Notes: generated by a model not told the origin, from the sequence alone. A stretch of DNA of 64,000 nucleotides from Verrucomicrobiales bacterium (GCA_047638715.1 JBLIMK010000007.1:4265-68264), one strand, 5' to 3'; shown: positions 27,669 to 38,675, counted from the first letter of the stretch. Numbers and translations: made by a program.

Positions 27669-28952
27669 CTACGCTGAGGCGTCGACGGCTCGTGGGAGCG
27701 TGATGGTTACCAGCGCTCCGCCCAGATTACTCGAGTCGATCTCGACCGATCCGTTCGCCGCCTCGGCCATCGCCCGAACAATATCGAGGCCGAGCCCCGT
27801 CGACCCGCTCGACGAGACGCCGCGGCCCGTGGAGGCCGGATCGATGCCAGGTCCGCCGTCAGCGACCCAGATCTTCACCGACGATCCGATCGCACCGAAC
27901 CCGACCTGCATCGACGTGCGTTCCTCAGTGTGGCGAAAGACGTTTTCGAAAAGGACATCGATTGCCGCTGCGAGCTCGGATTCGGAGACGTGTACCCGCA
28001 ACCGACCCGAGCTCTGCTGAAACCCCCAGGGACGCCCTTGGTCCTCGGCCAAGACGCTCCAGAACTCGGCACGCTCGGTCATGACAGCGCCGACTTCGCA
28101 CCCGGCGCTGTTCGCGAGCGATCCACGCACTTCACCAATCAGCCGGTTCACTACAGCGGTGACATCATCGAGGTCCCCTCGCAGGCTGCTCGCAAGCTCG
28201 GGATCGTCAACATGCTCGAGTCGCATGCGGAGCTTGGTGAGCGGAGTGCGTAAACGATGAGAGAGTTCGGCGACGAGCTCACGTTCACGTTGGAGCATCG
28301 ACGAGACTTGAGAGCCCAAGTCGTTGAAGGCGCCCGCCAGTTCGACGAGTTCACTCGGGCCGTCTGGAACGACCCGCGTGTCGAGAGCACCGTCTCCGAA
28401 CAGCCGCGCAGCGCTAGCCAGATTGCGGGTCGGCCGAACGATCGACTGGGCGAGCCGATCAGCAACAACGACTGTGATTCCGACGAGGGCTGCGCCGACT
28501 GCAAGCAGCGCAAGCCATGCCGCGGACTGTCCTTGACGGCGAGCCGAGTCGGGAACAAACACTCGAATTGCCGAGTACTGCCCTGGGCCCGTACTCACGG
28601 CCGACACAAGCTCCAACCCGCCGTCCGCTGGACCAATATTCGACCCACCCGAAGCAAGCGCTTCTCGAACATTGGCGGACCGGTCGACCTCTGGCCCGAT
28701 CGTCCACCCCTGGGACGTGATTACGGTGATGTCACCAGCACGTCCGGCGGAGGTCGCCCGAACGGCTGCTTGGATCTGTTCGGCCGTTCCGGCGATGACG
28801 AGGGTAGGAACAATCGATGCGGCTTCAGTACGTGCTACATCGATCGCTCGATCTTCTGCCGTCCGTCGAACAACGACGCCGAGAGGCACGACAAAAGCGG
28901 ATACGACAAGCAGCGAAACCGCGACGAAGACGAGGATTAGTCGCCGCCTCAT
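27669..28952 (-). CDS. sensor histidine kinase (HAMP-HisKA-HATPase_c)
   Basis: TM1 LILVFVAVSLLVVSAFVV, a second TM plus HAMP, H-box ELSHRLRTPLTKL, and VADGGPGI...GLGLDIV. Start placed at MRRRLILV, overlapping the regulator's stop (ATGA). Confidence 0.85.
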   Translation of the reverse strand: MRRRLILVFVAVSLLVVSAFVVPLGVVVRRTAEDRAIDVARTEAASIVPTLVIAGTAEQIQAAVRATSAGRAGDITVITSQGWTIGPEVDRSANVREALASGGSNIGPADGGLELVSAVSTGPGQYSAIRVFVPDSARRQGQSAAWLALLAVGAALVGITVVVADRLAQSIVRPTRNLASAARLFGDGALDTRVVPDGPSELVELAGAFNDLGSQVSSMLQRERELVAELSHRLRTPLTKLRMRLEHVDDPELASSLRGDLDDVTAVVNRLIGEVRGSLANSAGCEVGAVMTERAEFWSVLAEDQGRPWGFQQSSGRLRVHVSESELAAAIDVLFENVFRHTEERTSMQVGFGAIGSSVKIWVADGGPGIDPASTGRGVSSSGSTGLGLDIVRAMAEAANGSVEIDSSNLGGALVTITLPRAVDASA

Positions 28953-29629
28953 GACGGATCGAGAAACTTCACACCCACGCCCCGAACCGTGTGTATATAC
29001 CGAGGATTCGCGGCGGTCTCGCCGAGCTTTCGCCGCAGCCACGAGAGGTGTACGTCGATCGTCTTATCCGCTCCGCCGTAGGGTTCCCGCCAGACCTCGG
29101 CGTACAGCTCCTCTCTGGTGACGACCGTTCCTGCGTGAGCGACGAGGTGGGCGAGAAGATCGAATTCCTTGCGATTGCACACGACTGGTTCACCGTCGAG
29201 TTCGACCGTCCGGGCACGCACATCGATGGTCACTCCGCCAACCCGCATGACACGTTCGGCTCCGACAGCGATCACCCGGCGAAGCAGCGCTCGAACGCGA
29301 GCTTCGAGCTCCGCTCCAGAAAACGGCTTGACTACGTATTCGTCAGCGCCCGAATTGAGCAACCGAACAATCTCGTTCTCGTCGTCGCGCGCTGTGGCAA
29401 TTATCACCGGAACGTCCGACACGGCTCGGATCATTCGGAGGAGCTCGCCTCCGTCCAGGTCCGGAAGCCCGAGATCGAGGATCACGAGGTCTGGGGCAGA
29501 GTCGACAATCCCCTTTAACGCGTCCATCGCGGTCGCTGCTGAGCGCACGACGTGGCCAGCGTCGGCGAGCGCGCGAACCGCCATTTCACGGATGTGGTAA
29601 TCGTCCTCAACTACAAATATGGACGCCAT
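28949..29629 (-). CDS. OmpR/PhoB-family response regulator
   Basis: 226 aa. IFVVEDD, DLVILDLGLPDLDG, and the winged-helix C-terminus IDVHLSWLRRKL...YIHTVRGVGVKF. Confidence 0.9.
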   Translation of the reverse strand: MASIFVVEDDYHIREMAVRALADAGHVVRSAATAMDALKGIVDSAPDLVILDLGLPDLDGGELLRMIRAVSDVPVIIATARDDENEIVRLLNSGADEYVVKPFSGAELEARVRALLRRVIAVGAERVMRVGGVTIDVRARTVELDGEPVVCNRKEFDLLAHLVAHAGTVVTREELYAEVWREPYGGADKTIDVHLSWLRRKLGETAANPRYIHTVRGVGVKFLDPS

Positions 29630-29730
29630 GAAACAAGACCGTAGCTATCTGGGTGGGCGCAGGTAGCTGTTTAGCGGTATTTTAGGGTTGTGTTCAGACG
29701 CGAATTTCAACGAGGCGTCACAATTACGTC

Positions 29731-30456
29731 GTGCTAAGGACCTCTGGATTCGTCGTGTTGTGGCTCCTTGGTAGTGCCGCGGCCATGGCGGTTGCATGGA
29801 CTGGTGTCTGTTTGGTGAACGACGAACTGATTCGACCTGCTCCTGCCACACAGCAGGAAGCAGCGGTGTTATCTTCGACCGCCACCCGAACGGTGAGCCC
29901 AACCCTCAGCACGAGCAGCACGAGCACGACCGGCCCTGTCTCGCCGACCACATCGGCGGTCGTCGCTTCATCGAATGGGTCTGAAGACGCCGAGGGTGGC
30001 GGAATATCGACGTCCACCGTCAGCCCAGAAACGGCTACGACGCTAACTTCTGCGCTAGCAAGAACCGCTTCACCCCGTACGTCCTCATCCTCGACCTCAC
30101 AAGCACCGGCGACCACGAATCCTGCAAAGACGACGACCACCGCTCCCTCGACCTCACAAGCACCGGCGACCACGAATCCTGCAAAGACGACGACCACCAC
30201 CCCGCCTCCGACGACCACAACCAAAGCTCCGGCACAGGTGCTCACATTCAACTTGGTAGGCGGATCCACGGCGATCAGTTTCTCGTCGAGCGCGACTACG
30301 GTGCTCTGGGCAAATCCAAAGGACGGCTTCGAAGTACGTGTCGAACAAGGTCCCAACGCAGAGGTCGAGTTCCGCGCTGACGACCATCGGTCACGCATCG
30401 AGGCGTGGTGGGCGGGTCAGCCAGCACACCAAATTCGCGAGGACGCAGACAACTAG
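29731..30456 (+). CDS. membrane-anchored Ser/Thr/Pro-rich protein with small C-terminal domain
   Basis: 241 aa. N-terminal TM FVVLWLLGSAAAMAVAW, a ~150-aa S/T/P low-complexity linker containing a 19-aa duplication, and a C-terminal beta-rich ~70 aa. No family recognised. Confidence 0.55.
   Translation: MLRTSGFVVLWLLGSAAAMAVAWTGVCLVNDELIRPAPATQQEAAVLSSTATRTVSPTLSTSSTSTTGPVSPTTSAVVASSNGSEDAEGGGISTSTVSPETATTLTSALARTASPRTSSSSTSQAPATTNPAKTTTTAPSTSQAPATTNPAKTTTTTPPPTTTTKAPAQVLTFNLVGGSTAISFSSSATTVLWANPKDGFEVRVEQGPNAEVEFRADDHRSRIEAWWAGQPAHQIREDADN
30089..30198 (+). repeat. perfect 57-bp-period tandem duplication inside the S/T/P-rich gene
   Basis: CCTCGACCTCACAAGCACCGGCGACCACGAATCCTGCAAAGACGACGACCACC occurs twice (from about 30089 and 30146). 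It encodes STSQAPATTNPAKTTTT twice. Confidence 0.8.
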
Positions 30457-30472
30457 GCAATAGCGTGCCGTC

Positions 30473-31357
30473 GTGGAGCTGAACAATAATATTCGTGGCG
30501 CGGGGTGGATGACCTTGGGCTCAGCTGGATACGTCATCAACGACGCGTTTATCAAGATTGCGGCCGAGGACCTTCCGCTCTTCGAAGCGATCTTCATTCG
30601 AGGCATGTTCATCGCCGTGCTGCTGTTCGTTATCGCGGTCCGTCGAGGTCAGCTCGCTAACGTTCGCGAACATCTGGATCGCCACGTTGCGCTCAGAGTC
30701 ACGATGGAGGCGATCGGCACGGCCTTCTATCTCAGTGCCCTCACTCGGTTACCAATCGCGGGGTTGGTCGCAGTAATTCAGATCGTGCCGCTGATCGTCA
30801 CGTTCATCGCGGCCCGGCTTTTGCACGAAGCGGTCAGTTGGCATCGAGTTCTGAGCGTCGTGATTGGATTCGTCGGCGTTCTCCTCGTCGTGAGGCCGGG
30901 CTCGAGCGACTTCAACCCATGGTTTCTCGCGGGGCTCGCGGTGGTGATCACGATAGTGGTTCGCGAGATGGCAACGAAACGTATTTCGACCGAACTACCA
31001 ACGATGGTGATCTCGATCTGTACAGCACTGGCCATTGCGTCGATGGGCTTGTTGGGCTCGATCGTCGAAGGTTGGGATCGCCCATCGGCTGAACAGACCA
31101 TCCAACTCGGCGCTGCGGCAGCGTTCCTTTCAGTCGGGTATATCGCCAGCGTGATCACGATACGAGTCGGGGATCTCAGCTTCAGCGCACCGTTCCGCTA
31201 CACGGTCCTCATATTCGCGTTGGTCATCCAGATCGTGGTGTTCCAAGACGTGCCAGATGCTCTGACCTTCGTCGGAACCGGAATCATCGCGGCTGCCGGG
31301 CTGTATGCATTCAGCAAGGAACAACGGATCCGCACGGTGAAGGCCCGGCCGAGCTAA
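30473..31357 (+). CDS. DMT-superfamily (EamA) transporter
   Basis: 294 aa, 10 predicted TM helices in two EamA halves. Confidence 0.8.
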   Translation: MELNNNIRGAGWMTLGSAGYVINDAFIKIAAEDLPLFEAIFIRGMFIAVLLFVIAVRRGQLANVREHLDRHVALRVTMEAIGTAFYLSALTRLPIAGLVAVIQIVPLIVTFIAARLLHEAVSWHRVLSVVIGFVGVLLVVRPGSSDFNPWFLAGLAVVITIVVREMATKRISTELPTMVISICTALAIASMGLLGSIVEGWDRPSAEQTIQLGAAAAFLSVGYIASVITIRVGDLSFSAPFRYTVLIFALVIQIVVFQDVPDALTFVGTGIIAAAGLYAFSKEQRIRTVKARPS

Positions 31358-31405
31358 CTCGGGCGGGCGCTCCCAAATCTTGTGCCCCGAAGTAGATGTG
31401 GCAGG

Positions 31406-31422
31406 TGCAACAGTCTGTTGCA
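31406..31422. promoter_or_regulatory. perfect 17-bp palindrome, candidate TetR operator
   Basis: TGCAACAG-T-CTGTTGCA lies about 32 bp upstream of the proposed GTG start of the MFS gene. That gene is translationally coupled to a TetR regulator. Confidence 0.5.
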
Positions 31423-31453
31423 TAACATTAAGACTTCTGCGACAGTGTGTCGC

Positions 31454-32995
31454 GTGACCAAAGCAACAGAAATAACGCACGCTCACCCGCAGCGCTGGAA
31501 GATCCTCGCGATTCTCAACCTGTCGCTCGTACTGATCGTGGCTAGCGTCAGCTCACTCAACCTCGCCATTCCCTCGATCCAACGAGCGCTCAACGCGACC
31601 GCATCTGAACTCGTATGGATCAACGCGGCGTACGCACTCGTGTTCGCCGGCCTCCTATTGCCGGCCGGTGCGTTGGGTGATCGATATGGTCGCAAGCGAG
31701 CACTCGTCGGAGGCCTCACGATCTTCTTGGTCTCTGCGCTGATCGCCACGTTGAGCGAGAACGCCACACAACTCATCGTGCTGCGCGGTGCTATGGGAAT
31801 TGGTGCTGCTTTGACGATGCCGGCCACCCTCTCGATTATCACGGTTGTGTTTCCACGAGAGGAGCGTGCTAAGGCGATTGCGATCTGGTCCGGATTCGCC
31901 GGTGCCGGCGGCGCCCTCGGGATCCTTGCGAGCGGCTTTCTGCTGGAATCCTTCAAGTGGAGTTCGGTCTTCTTTATCAACGTCCCGATCGCAGCGTTGG
32001 CAATCATCCTCGTCATCGCGATGGTGCCGAACTCCAAGGACCCACAAGAACGTCCGCTCGATCCGGCTGGAAGCCTGCTGTCAATCGTGGGACTTGTCGC
32101 GTTCGTCTACGGCTTGATTCAGGGTCCTGAGTTTGGATGGACCGATCCGATCGTCCTCGGGGCGTTCGCCGTCAGCATCCTCGCGATGTTCACGTGGGTC
32201 CGCGTGGGGCTCGCTCATCATGATCCACTGCTCGACCCCCGACTCTTTCGAATCCCCAAATTTCGAATGGGCAGCTTCACTATCACCAGCGCATTCCTCG
32301 TGATGTTCGGGATGTTCTTCGTGCTGACGCAATACCTGCAATTCGCCCTCGGGTACACCCCACTCGAGGCCGCGATCCGAACCCTTCCCTTCGCTCCAGC
32401 GATGATTCTCATCGCTCCACGCGGCCCGGCTCTCGCAGCGAAGATCGGCGCCGGGAAAACCATGGCGCTCGGCATGCTCACATCGACTGCCGGGTTGTTC
32501 GCGTTTGGATTTATGACCGTTTCCACGCCGTATCTCCCGATCGGCATCGCGCTCGTCGTCGCCGCTGGCGGACTGGCCCTCGTTTTCCCAACCGCGACTG
32601 AGTCGATCGTGTCGTCCCTCCCGCAGAACAAGGCTGGTGTTGCATCAGCAATGAACGATGCAACGCGTGAAGTCGGCGGAGCGATCGGTATCGCCCTCCT
32701 CGGAACCTTGTTGTCCTCGGGCTACCGCTCGGGCCTTGGCAACTCTGCCAGCGACCTCCCCCCTGAGGCTGCCGATGTCTTCCAGGACAACGTCGGAGCC
32801 GCACTCGCCGTAGCTGAACAGCTCCCGAACGGCGAGGCCCTTGCAGCCGTTGCGCGCGATGCATTCGTCGACGGAATGCAGCTGGCCATGTGGGCAGGCG
32901 CCGCCGTGATGCTCATAAGCTCAGTCATCGTGTTCCGACTCTTTCCACGAGAAGAAACTCCCGCGATCGAATCGCTCGTCGAAGAGGTTGTATGA
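31454..32995 (+). CDS. MFS transporter, DHA2 (14-TMS EmrB/QacA-like) drug:H+ antiporter family
   Basis: Motif A LPAGALGDRYGRKRAL and about 14 TM helices. The ORF opens at 31382; GTG at 31454 (VTKATEITHAHPQRWKIL) was chosen. Confidence 0.85.
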   Translation: MTKATEITHAHPQRWKILAILNLSLVLIVASVSSLNLAIPSIQRALNATASELVWINAAYALVFAGLLLPAGALGDRYGRKRALVGGLTIFLVSALIATLSENATQLIVLRGAMGIGAALTMPATLSIITVVFPREERAKAIAIWSGFAGAGGALGILASGFLLESFKWSSVFFINVPIAALAIILVIAMVPNSKDPQERPLDPAGSLLSIVGLVAFVYGLIQGPEFGWTDPIVLGAFAVSILAMFTWVRVGLAHHDPLLDPRLFRIPKFRMGSFTITSAFLVMFGMFFVLTQYLQFALGYTPLEAAIRTLPFAPAMILIAPRGPALAAKIGAGKTMALGMLTSTAGLFAFGFMTVSTPYLPIGIALVVAAGGLALVFPTATESIVSSLPQNKAGVASAMNDATREVGGAIGIALLGTLLSSGYRSGLGNSASDLPPEAADVFQDNVGAALAVAEQLPNGEALAAVARDAFVDGMQLAMWAGAAVMLISSVIVFRLFPREETPAIESLVEEVV

Positions 32996-33543
32996 CGGAG
33001 GACGCCCGCACGGCCCGTACCCGCGCTGTTGTCCTCGATGCGACCGCCGACCTGCTTCTCAACGTCGGTTGCGAGCGGTTGACCATCGACGAGATCGCCG
33101 CGAAAAGCGGTGTCGCACGTTCGACGATCTACCGCAACTGGGGCGACAAGTCGGCCTTGGTCGTGGACGCCGTCGACTGCATTGCCGGAATGCCCCCGCC
33201 CCCTGATACAGGCACTTTGGCAGGCGATCTCACCGTGGTCGCCGATCGACTGGCACACAACCTGTCCGACGGCATGCTCGGGAAGCTCCTGCCATCGCTG
33301 GTCAGCGCCGCCTCGTGCGACGACGAGCTAATGGCGCGCTTGCAAGGGATGTCGCATGCGCGTTTCGAACTCACCCGGACCATCTTTGAGCGAGCGATCG
33401 TTCGCGGCGAAATCGGCAATGCCGATGTCCAGGGGCGCGCCGAACGATTCATCGCTCCGTTTTTCGCCCGACACCTACTCCATGGGTGGCCACTCGATCA
33501 GACCTTCCAGGAGAGGCAGATCGCGGCAGCAACTACTCCGTAG
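32992..33543 (+). CDS. TetR/AcrR-family transcriptional regulator
   Basis: HTH LTIDEIAAKSGVARSTIYRNWGDKSALV. The ATG overlaps the MFS stop (ATGA). The ORF-track start at 32890 was rejected because it lies inside the MFS gene. Confidence 0.85.
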   Translation: MTEDARTARTRAVVLDATADLLLNVGCERLTIDEIAAKSGVARSTIYRNWGDKSALVVDAVDCIAGMPPPPDTGTLAGDLTVVADRLAHNLSDGMLGKLLPSLVSAASCDDELMARLQGMSHARFELTRTIFERAIVRGEIGNADVQGRAERFIAPFFARHLLHGWPLDQTFQERQIAAATTP

Positions 33544-33573
33544 ATCTAGGCCCGAGATCGCGTCGCGTCTATC

Positions 33574-35670
33574 GTGAATGACGTGTCGACCGAAGAACCA
33601 ATCGAAAGCGCCATCGCAAATTGGCGTGCGGCTCGATCGACCGAGCAACTGCAGCGACAGTTCAGCGACCCCGACTTCGATGACTCCAACTGGCCACCGA
33701 TCGACGTTCCGTCGCACTGGCAAACACACGACTCGTTTCGCGACTTTGATGGAACGCTTCTCTACCGTGCAGACCTGACCGTGCCGACCTTGCAACCCGG
33801 CCAGCGACGCTGGCTTTGTTTCAATGGCCTCTGTTACGCAGGCGACGTGTTTCTCGACGGCGCCTACGTAGGCCAGACCGAGGGGTACTTCACTCACCAC
33901 CGTTTCGAAATCACCGACCTCGTCGCGAAAGCCGGGCGTTCGATTCTCGCTGTTGAGGTCGCGGCTTCCCGGATGACCGACCCGGCACAGAAGCGCAATC
34001 TCACGGGCTGGTTCACCGAAGGGCCGGGCCTTCCCCGCGACTGGAACCCCGCGGGCATTTGGCGTCCTGTCGTCTTGGTAGACACCGGGCCGGTCGCGAT
34101 TCGTCACTTCCGCGCATTGTGTATCGAAGCCGACGCCGCACATGCGGTGATCGGGCTTCGAGCGGTGTTGCTCGCGGCCGAACCTTGCGAGGTGACTCTG
34201 ACCACCGAGGTCGCTGGCGTCGTCGACGTCACGACCCATACGGTCGCGTCCGGAGAAAACCGAGTCGAGTGGCAGATACACGTCGACAACCCCGAGCTGT
34301 GGTGGCCCACGGGAATGGGTGACCAACCGCTGTTCGACCTCGAGGTCACGGCGCGAACAAGCGAGAGGAAAGTCACCGATCGCAAGCAGCGTCGCATCGG
34401 CTTTCGATCGACGGCTATGGGCGACCTCATACTCCGGATCAACAACCGTAGAACTTTTCTCCGTGGCGTCAACCTTGCGCCACTAACCGTCAACCTGTCC
34501 GCGATGCCCGACGAGGCGATTCGAGCTGAGGTCGAGTCGATTCGCGACGCAGGCTTCAACATGGTGCGGATTCGGAGCCACGTCACGCGACACGAGTTCA
34601 TCGATGTATGTGATGAACTCGGGATTCTCGTCTGGCAAGACCTCCCACTCAGCGGCTCGTATGCGCGAAGCGTCACCAGCGCTGCCGAGCAACAAACACG
34701 CGACATGATCGACTTGTTGTCCCACCATCCCTCGATCGTGATCTGGGGCGGTCACATGCGGCCGCACACCAGTCAGCCCCGATACACCGCGGCCCCCGAT
34801 CTTCGACAGCAACAAATCCCGAGCTGGAACAGATCGATCCTCGACCGGGCGATCAAGCGGGCCTTTCAGCGCGACGATCCAACACGACCGATTATCGCCC
34901 ACTCCGATGTTGCCCCGCACGTACCGCATCTGTCGGGCAGCGATCTGGGGTTGTACTTCGGCTGGTTCGATGGAGAAGCGGCTGACATTGCCGAGTACGC
35001 CGCAACCATCCCTCGCCTCGTGCGTTTTGTTTCGGACATGGGGGCGCAGGCATTGCCCCTGAATATCGACGGCGACCTCGAGGCACTCCTCGACGTACAC
35101 GGATCCGAGCCGGACGCACTTCGAGCGGTCATCCCGCCGGGCACATATCCAGATGTCGCGTCGTGGATCGACGCTATGCGAACGCATCAGGCCGACGTTC
35201 TCAAGACCACGATCGAATCGCTTCGAGTCCTGAAGTATCAGCCCACCGGCGGCTTCTGTGCTGGGGTGTGGCGAGGTGCCGGGCCAGGTCTGAGCCGCGC
35301 GCTGAACGATGCCGACGGTACTCCTCGCCCAGCGCTTGCGGCAGTCAAGATGGCGCTCCAACCGCTGCTCCCGGTGTTGTACCCAGCGGCATCCACGCTG
35401 CCGGCTCGCTCGACCGCGCGACTCGGGCTGTACTTGTGCAACGACGGCATCGCCGCTGCCGAGGTAGAAGCCGTTGTGACGATCGTGGACGAGCGAGGTA
35501 CCGCCACGCGCCGTTGGAAAGGTCAGGTCCCCGGTGACGACGTGCAATTCATCGACGACGTCTTGATCCGCGGTGGCCGAATCGGGAGCGAGATGTCCGT
35601 CGAGCTCCAAATCCTGGATCGCGACGGACACCCACTCTCGACCAATCGATACGTCTTTGCGGCGAGCTAG
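33574..35670 (+). CDS. glycoside hydrolase family 2 protein (beta-mannosidase/beta-galactosidase-like)
   Basis: 698 aa. N-terminal sugar-binding domain signature DDSNWPPIDVPSHWQ, then YAGDVFLDGAYVG, and the TIM-barrel region FNMVRIRSH...WQDLP. Confidence 0.7.
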   Translation: MNDVSTEEPIESAIANWRAARSTEQLQRQFSDPDFDDSNWPPIDVPSHWQTHDSFRDFDGTLLYRADLTVPTLQPGQRRWLCFNGLCYAGDVFLDGAYVGQTEGYFTHHRFEITDLVAKAGRSILAVEVAASRMTDPAQKRNLTGWFTEGPGLPRDWNPAGIWRPVVLVDTGPVAIRHFRALCIEADAAHAVIGLRAVLLAAEPCEVTLTTEVAGVVDVTTHTVASGENRVEWQIHVDNPELWWPTGMGDQPLFDLEVTARTSERKVTDRKQRRIGFRSTAMGDLILRINNRRTFLRGVNLAPLTVNLSAMPDEAIRAEVESIRDAGFNMVRIRSHVTRHEFIDVCDELGILVWQDLPLSGSYARSVTSAAEQQTRDMIDLLSHHPSIVIWGGHMRPHTSQPRYTAAPDLRQQQIPSWNRSILDRAIKRAFQRDDPTRPIIAHSDVAPHVPHLSGSDLGLYFGWFDGEAADIAEYAATIPRLVRFVSDMGAQALPLNIDGDLEALLDVHGSEPDALRAVIPPGTYPDVASWIDAMRTHQADVLKTTIESLRVLKYQPTGGFCAGVWRGAGPGLSRALNDADGTPRPALAAVKMALQPLLPVLYPAASTLPARSTARLGLYLCNDGIAAAEVEAVVTIVDERGTATRRWKGQVPGDDVQFIDDVLIRGGRIGSEMSVELQILDRDGHPLSTNRYVFAAS

Positions 35671-35841
35671 CGTCCGCTAATGACCCTCGCCACATGCCCC
35701 TGTCTCTCAACACCTAGCTAAATCCGCCAAATTCATCCGCTACACGGGCAGACTTCAAGTGGCCGATGGTCTGACCAGTTCACTAAGTTTGTGGAGCTGG
35801 CGGTTGTCGGTACGAACCATCTGTTTTTGAACAGGAGTGTC

Positions 35842-36705
35842 ATGGCGCAAACTACGTCTGCGAATGCTGAGCCCAATCTGCGGGATCCACAGCCGATCAG
35901 GACCCGGAAAAAGCCCCTACCCTTCCCTTTGAACATCTGGCAATCAGCCGTGGGCCGCAAGTGGATCATGGCGCTCACCGGCATTGGGCTCCTGGGATTT
36001 GTCCTCGCACACATGATCGGCAACCTCCATGTGTACGAGGGACCTGCCGAGCTGCACGAATATGCCGAGGCACTTCGAGGTTTGGGCGGCGAGATCATCC
36101 CGCGCACTTGGCTGCTATGGGTTCTGCGCATCGGCCTGATCGCGATGTTCGGATTGCACATTGCCTCCGCCTACACAACCAAAGAGATCAGCCGCAAGGC
36201 CAGTGAAGAAGCAAACTTCATGGATGGCCAAAAGACGTATCCGGGTGGCCGCGACTACATCGCTGCGAACTATGCCAGCCGCACCATGCGCTGGACTGGC
36301 CCGATCATCCTGCTCTACCTGATCTTCCACCTCGCAGACCTCACCTGGGGCCTATTGCCTCACACCGACTACGTGCGTGGCGATCCGTACCACAACCTCG
36401 CGACAAGCCTGTCGAACCTGCCGGTGGCGACCATCTACGTCGTTGCCAACGTTGCTCTCGCGATCCACATATTCCATGGCGCATGGTCGCTGTTTCAGAC
36501 ACTGGGCCTCAACAACCCGAAGTACAACCAAGCCCGCCGAGGCTTCGCTGTTGGGCTTGCCGCCGTGATTCTCTTAGGCAACCTCAGCTTCCCGATCCTG
36601 GCTCAGGCCGGCGTGATCGATGACGACAAGAACGAATGTGCCCAGTACGACACCACCGAAGAGAACACCGCCTGCTTCGAGGCGATTCTCGAGGGAGGCG
36701 AATAG
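35842..36705 (+). CDS. sdhC: succinate dehydrogenase / fumarate reductase cytochrome b subunit (b558 family)
   Basis: Start at [10 protein letters not shown], preceded by [32 protein letters not shown], five TM helices and conserved His residues. It directly precedes sdhA. Confidence 0.75.
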   Translation: MAQTTSANAEPNLRDPQPIRTRKKPLPFPLNIWQSAVGRKWIMALTGIGLLGFVLAHMIGNLHVYEGPAELHEYAEALRGLGGEIIPRTWLLWVLRIGLIAMFGLHIASAYTTKEISRKASEEANFMDGQKTYPGGRDYIAANYASRTMRWTGPIILLYLIFHLADLTWGLLPHTDYVRGDPYHNLATSLSNLPVATIYVVANVALAIHIFHGAWSLFQTLGLNNPKYNQARRGFAVGLAAVILLGNLSFPILAQAGVIDDDKNECAQYDTTEENTACFEAILEGGE

Positions 36706-36707
36706 AC

Positions 36708-38663
36708 ATGACCGCAACGATGGACGCGAACACCAGGGTCACAAGCCCTCGTCTCGATTCGAAAGTTCCGAGTGGCGATATCGCCACGATGTGGGAAGAC
36801 CACAAGTTCTCCATGAAGCTGGTGAACCCGAGCAACAAGCGAAAGTTCACCGTGATCGTGGTGGGCACCGGACTCGCGGGGTCATCTGCGGCCGCATCGC
36901 TCGCAGAGCTCGGCTACAAGGTGAAGGCCTTCAGCTTCCACGACAGCCCTCGCCGTGCACACTCGATCGCTGCACAGGGCGGCATCAACGCGGCCAAGAA
37001 TTACCCGAATGACGGCGACTCTGTCCACCGGTTGTTCTACGACACGGTCAAGGGCGGCGACTATCGAAGCCGTGAAGCCAACGTGCATCGCCTCGCGGAG
37101 GTATCGGTCAACATCATCGACCAGGCAACGGCACAGGGTGTTCCCTTCGCACGCGATTACGGCGGCCTTCTCGACAACCGCTCGTTCGGCGGCGCGCAAG
37201 TATCGCGCACGTTCTATGCCCGCGGACAGACCGGTCAACAGCTCTTGATCGGCGCGTATTCGGCACTCAACCGCCAGATCGAACTCGGCGGCGTCGAGAT
37301 GCACAATCGCAAAGAGATGCTGGATGTCGTCGTCAAGGACGGCGAGACCTGTGGCATCGTGACGCGCGATCTGCTCACGGGTGAGGTCGAGTCGCACTCC
37401 GCACATGCTGTGGTGCTCGCGACCGGCGGTTACGGAAACGTCTACTACCTGTCGACCAACGCCATGATGTCGAATGTGACCGCCGCGTGGCGAGCACATC
37501 GCCGTGGCGCCTTTTTCGCGAACCCTTGCTACACCCAGATCCATCCGACCTGCATTCCTGCGTCGGACGATCATCAGTCGAAGCTGACGCTCATGTCGGA
37601 GTCGCTGCGAAACGACGGTCGTATTTGGGTTCCGAAATCAGGCGAGGAGGCCCGACTCGCAGCCGAGGTGCCCGAGGGAGAACGTGACTACTACCTCGAG
37701 CGCAAGTACCCCGCGTTCGGAAACCTCGTGCCCCGCGATGTCGCCTCTCGAAATGCGAAGACGGTCGTTGATGAAGGCCGAGGCGTTGGCCCGCTGAAAA
37801 ACGGAGTGTTCCTGGACTTTGCCGACGCGATTGCTCGTGATGGGAAGGAACTCATCGCCGAAAAGTACGGCAACCTCTTCGACATGTACGCCAACATCAC
37901 CGGCGAAGATCCCTACAGCCGACCAATGCGCATCTACCCCGCAACCCACTACACAATGGGCGGCCTTTGGGTCGACTACCACTTGATGACCACGGTGCCT
38001 GGCACGTATGCGATCGGCGAGGCGAACTTCTCCGATCACGGCGCCAACCGGCTCGGCGCCTCAGCGCTCATGCAGGGCCTTGCAGACGGCTACTTCGTTT
38101 TGCCCTACACAATCGGCGATTACCTGGCCGGCAAGCTCGGTGAATCGATCGTCCCTAACGACGATCCAGCCTTCAAAGAAGTCGAAGCACATGTCGCCGA
38201 TCAGACGCACATGTGGCTGTCCGTGAATGGCACACAATCGCCCGATCACTACCACCGCGAGCTCGGAAAGATCGTGTGGAATCGCATCGGCATGGCTCGC
38301 GACAAGAACGGCCTCGAGAAAGCTGGCGACGAGATCACCTCTCTCGAGGATGAGTTCAAGAAGAACGTGAAGGTCATGGGCGACGGTGTCTCGATGAACA
38401 CCGAACTCGAGAAGGTCGGGCGAGTCGCCGACTTCTTCGAACTCGCCAAGCTGAAAGCCCGCGATGCGCTCGTGCGTGAAGAGTCGTGCGGTGGCCACTT
38501 CCGAGTGGAGAGCCAAACCGAAGAGGGTGAGGCTCTACGCGACGACGAGAACTTCCGACACGTCGCGGCATGGGAATGGAACGGCGAAGATGCCGAGCAG
38601 ACCAAACACGAAGAACAGCTCGAATTTGAGAATGTCGCACTTAGCCAACGCAGCTACAAGTAG
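36708..38663 (+). CDS. sdhA: succinate dehydrogenase / fumarate reductase flavoprotein subunit
   Basis: FAD fold [22 protein letters not shown], covalent-FAD region [12 protein letters not shown], and C-terminal ESCGGHFR. Start placed at MTATMDAN, 3 nt after the sdhC stop. Confidence 0.9.
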   Translation: MTATMDANTRVTSPRLDSKVPSGDIATMWEDHKFSMKLVNPSNKRKFTVIVVGTGLAGSSAAASLAELGYKVKAFSFHDSPRRAHSIAAQGGINAAKNYPNDGDSVHRLFYDTVKGGDYRSREANVHRLAEVSVNIIDQATAQGVPFARDYGGLLDNRSFGGAQVSRTFYARGQTGQQLLIGAYSALNRQIELGGVEMHNRKEMLDVVVKDGETCGIVTRDLLTGEVESHSAHAVVLATGGYGNVYYLSTNAMMSNVTAAWRAHRRGAFFANPCYTQIHPTCIPASDDHQSKLTLMSESLRNDGRIWVPKSGEEARLAAEVPEGERDYYLERKYPAFGNLVPRDVASRNAKTVVDEGRGVGPLKNGVFLDFADAIARDGKELIAEKYGNLFDMYANITGEDPYSRPMRIYPATHYTMGGLWVDYHLMTTVPGTYAIGEANFSDHGANRLGASALMQGLADGYFVLPYTIGDYLAGKLGESIVPNDDPAFKEVEAHVADQTHMWLSVNGTQSPDHYHRELGKIVWNRIGMARDKNGLEKAGDEITSLEDEFKKNVKVMGDGVSMNTELEKVGRVADFFELAKLKARDALVREESCGGHFRVESQTEEGEALRDDENFRHVAAWEWNGEDAEQTKHEEQLEFENVALSQRSYK

Positions 38664-38675
38664 AGGGTCAGAGAC

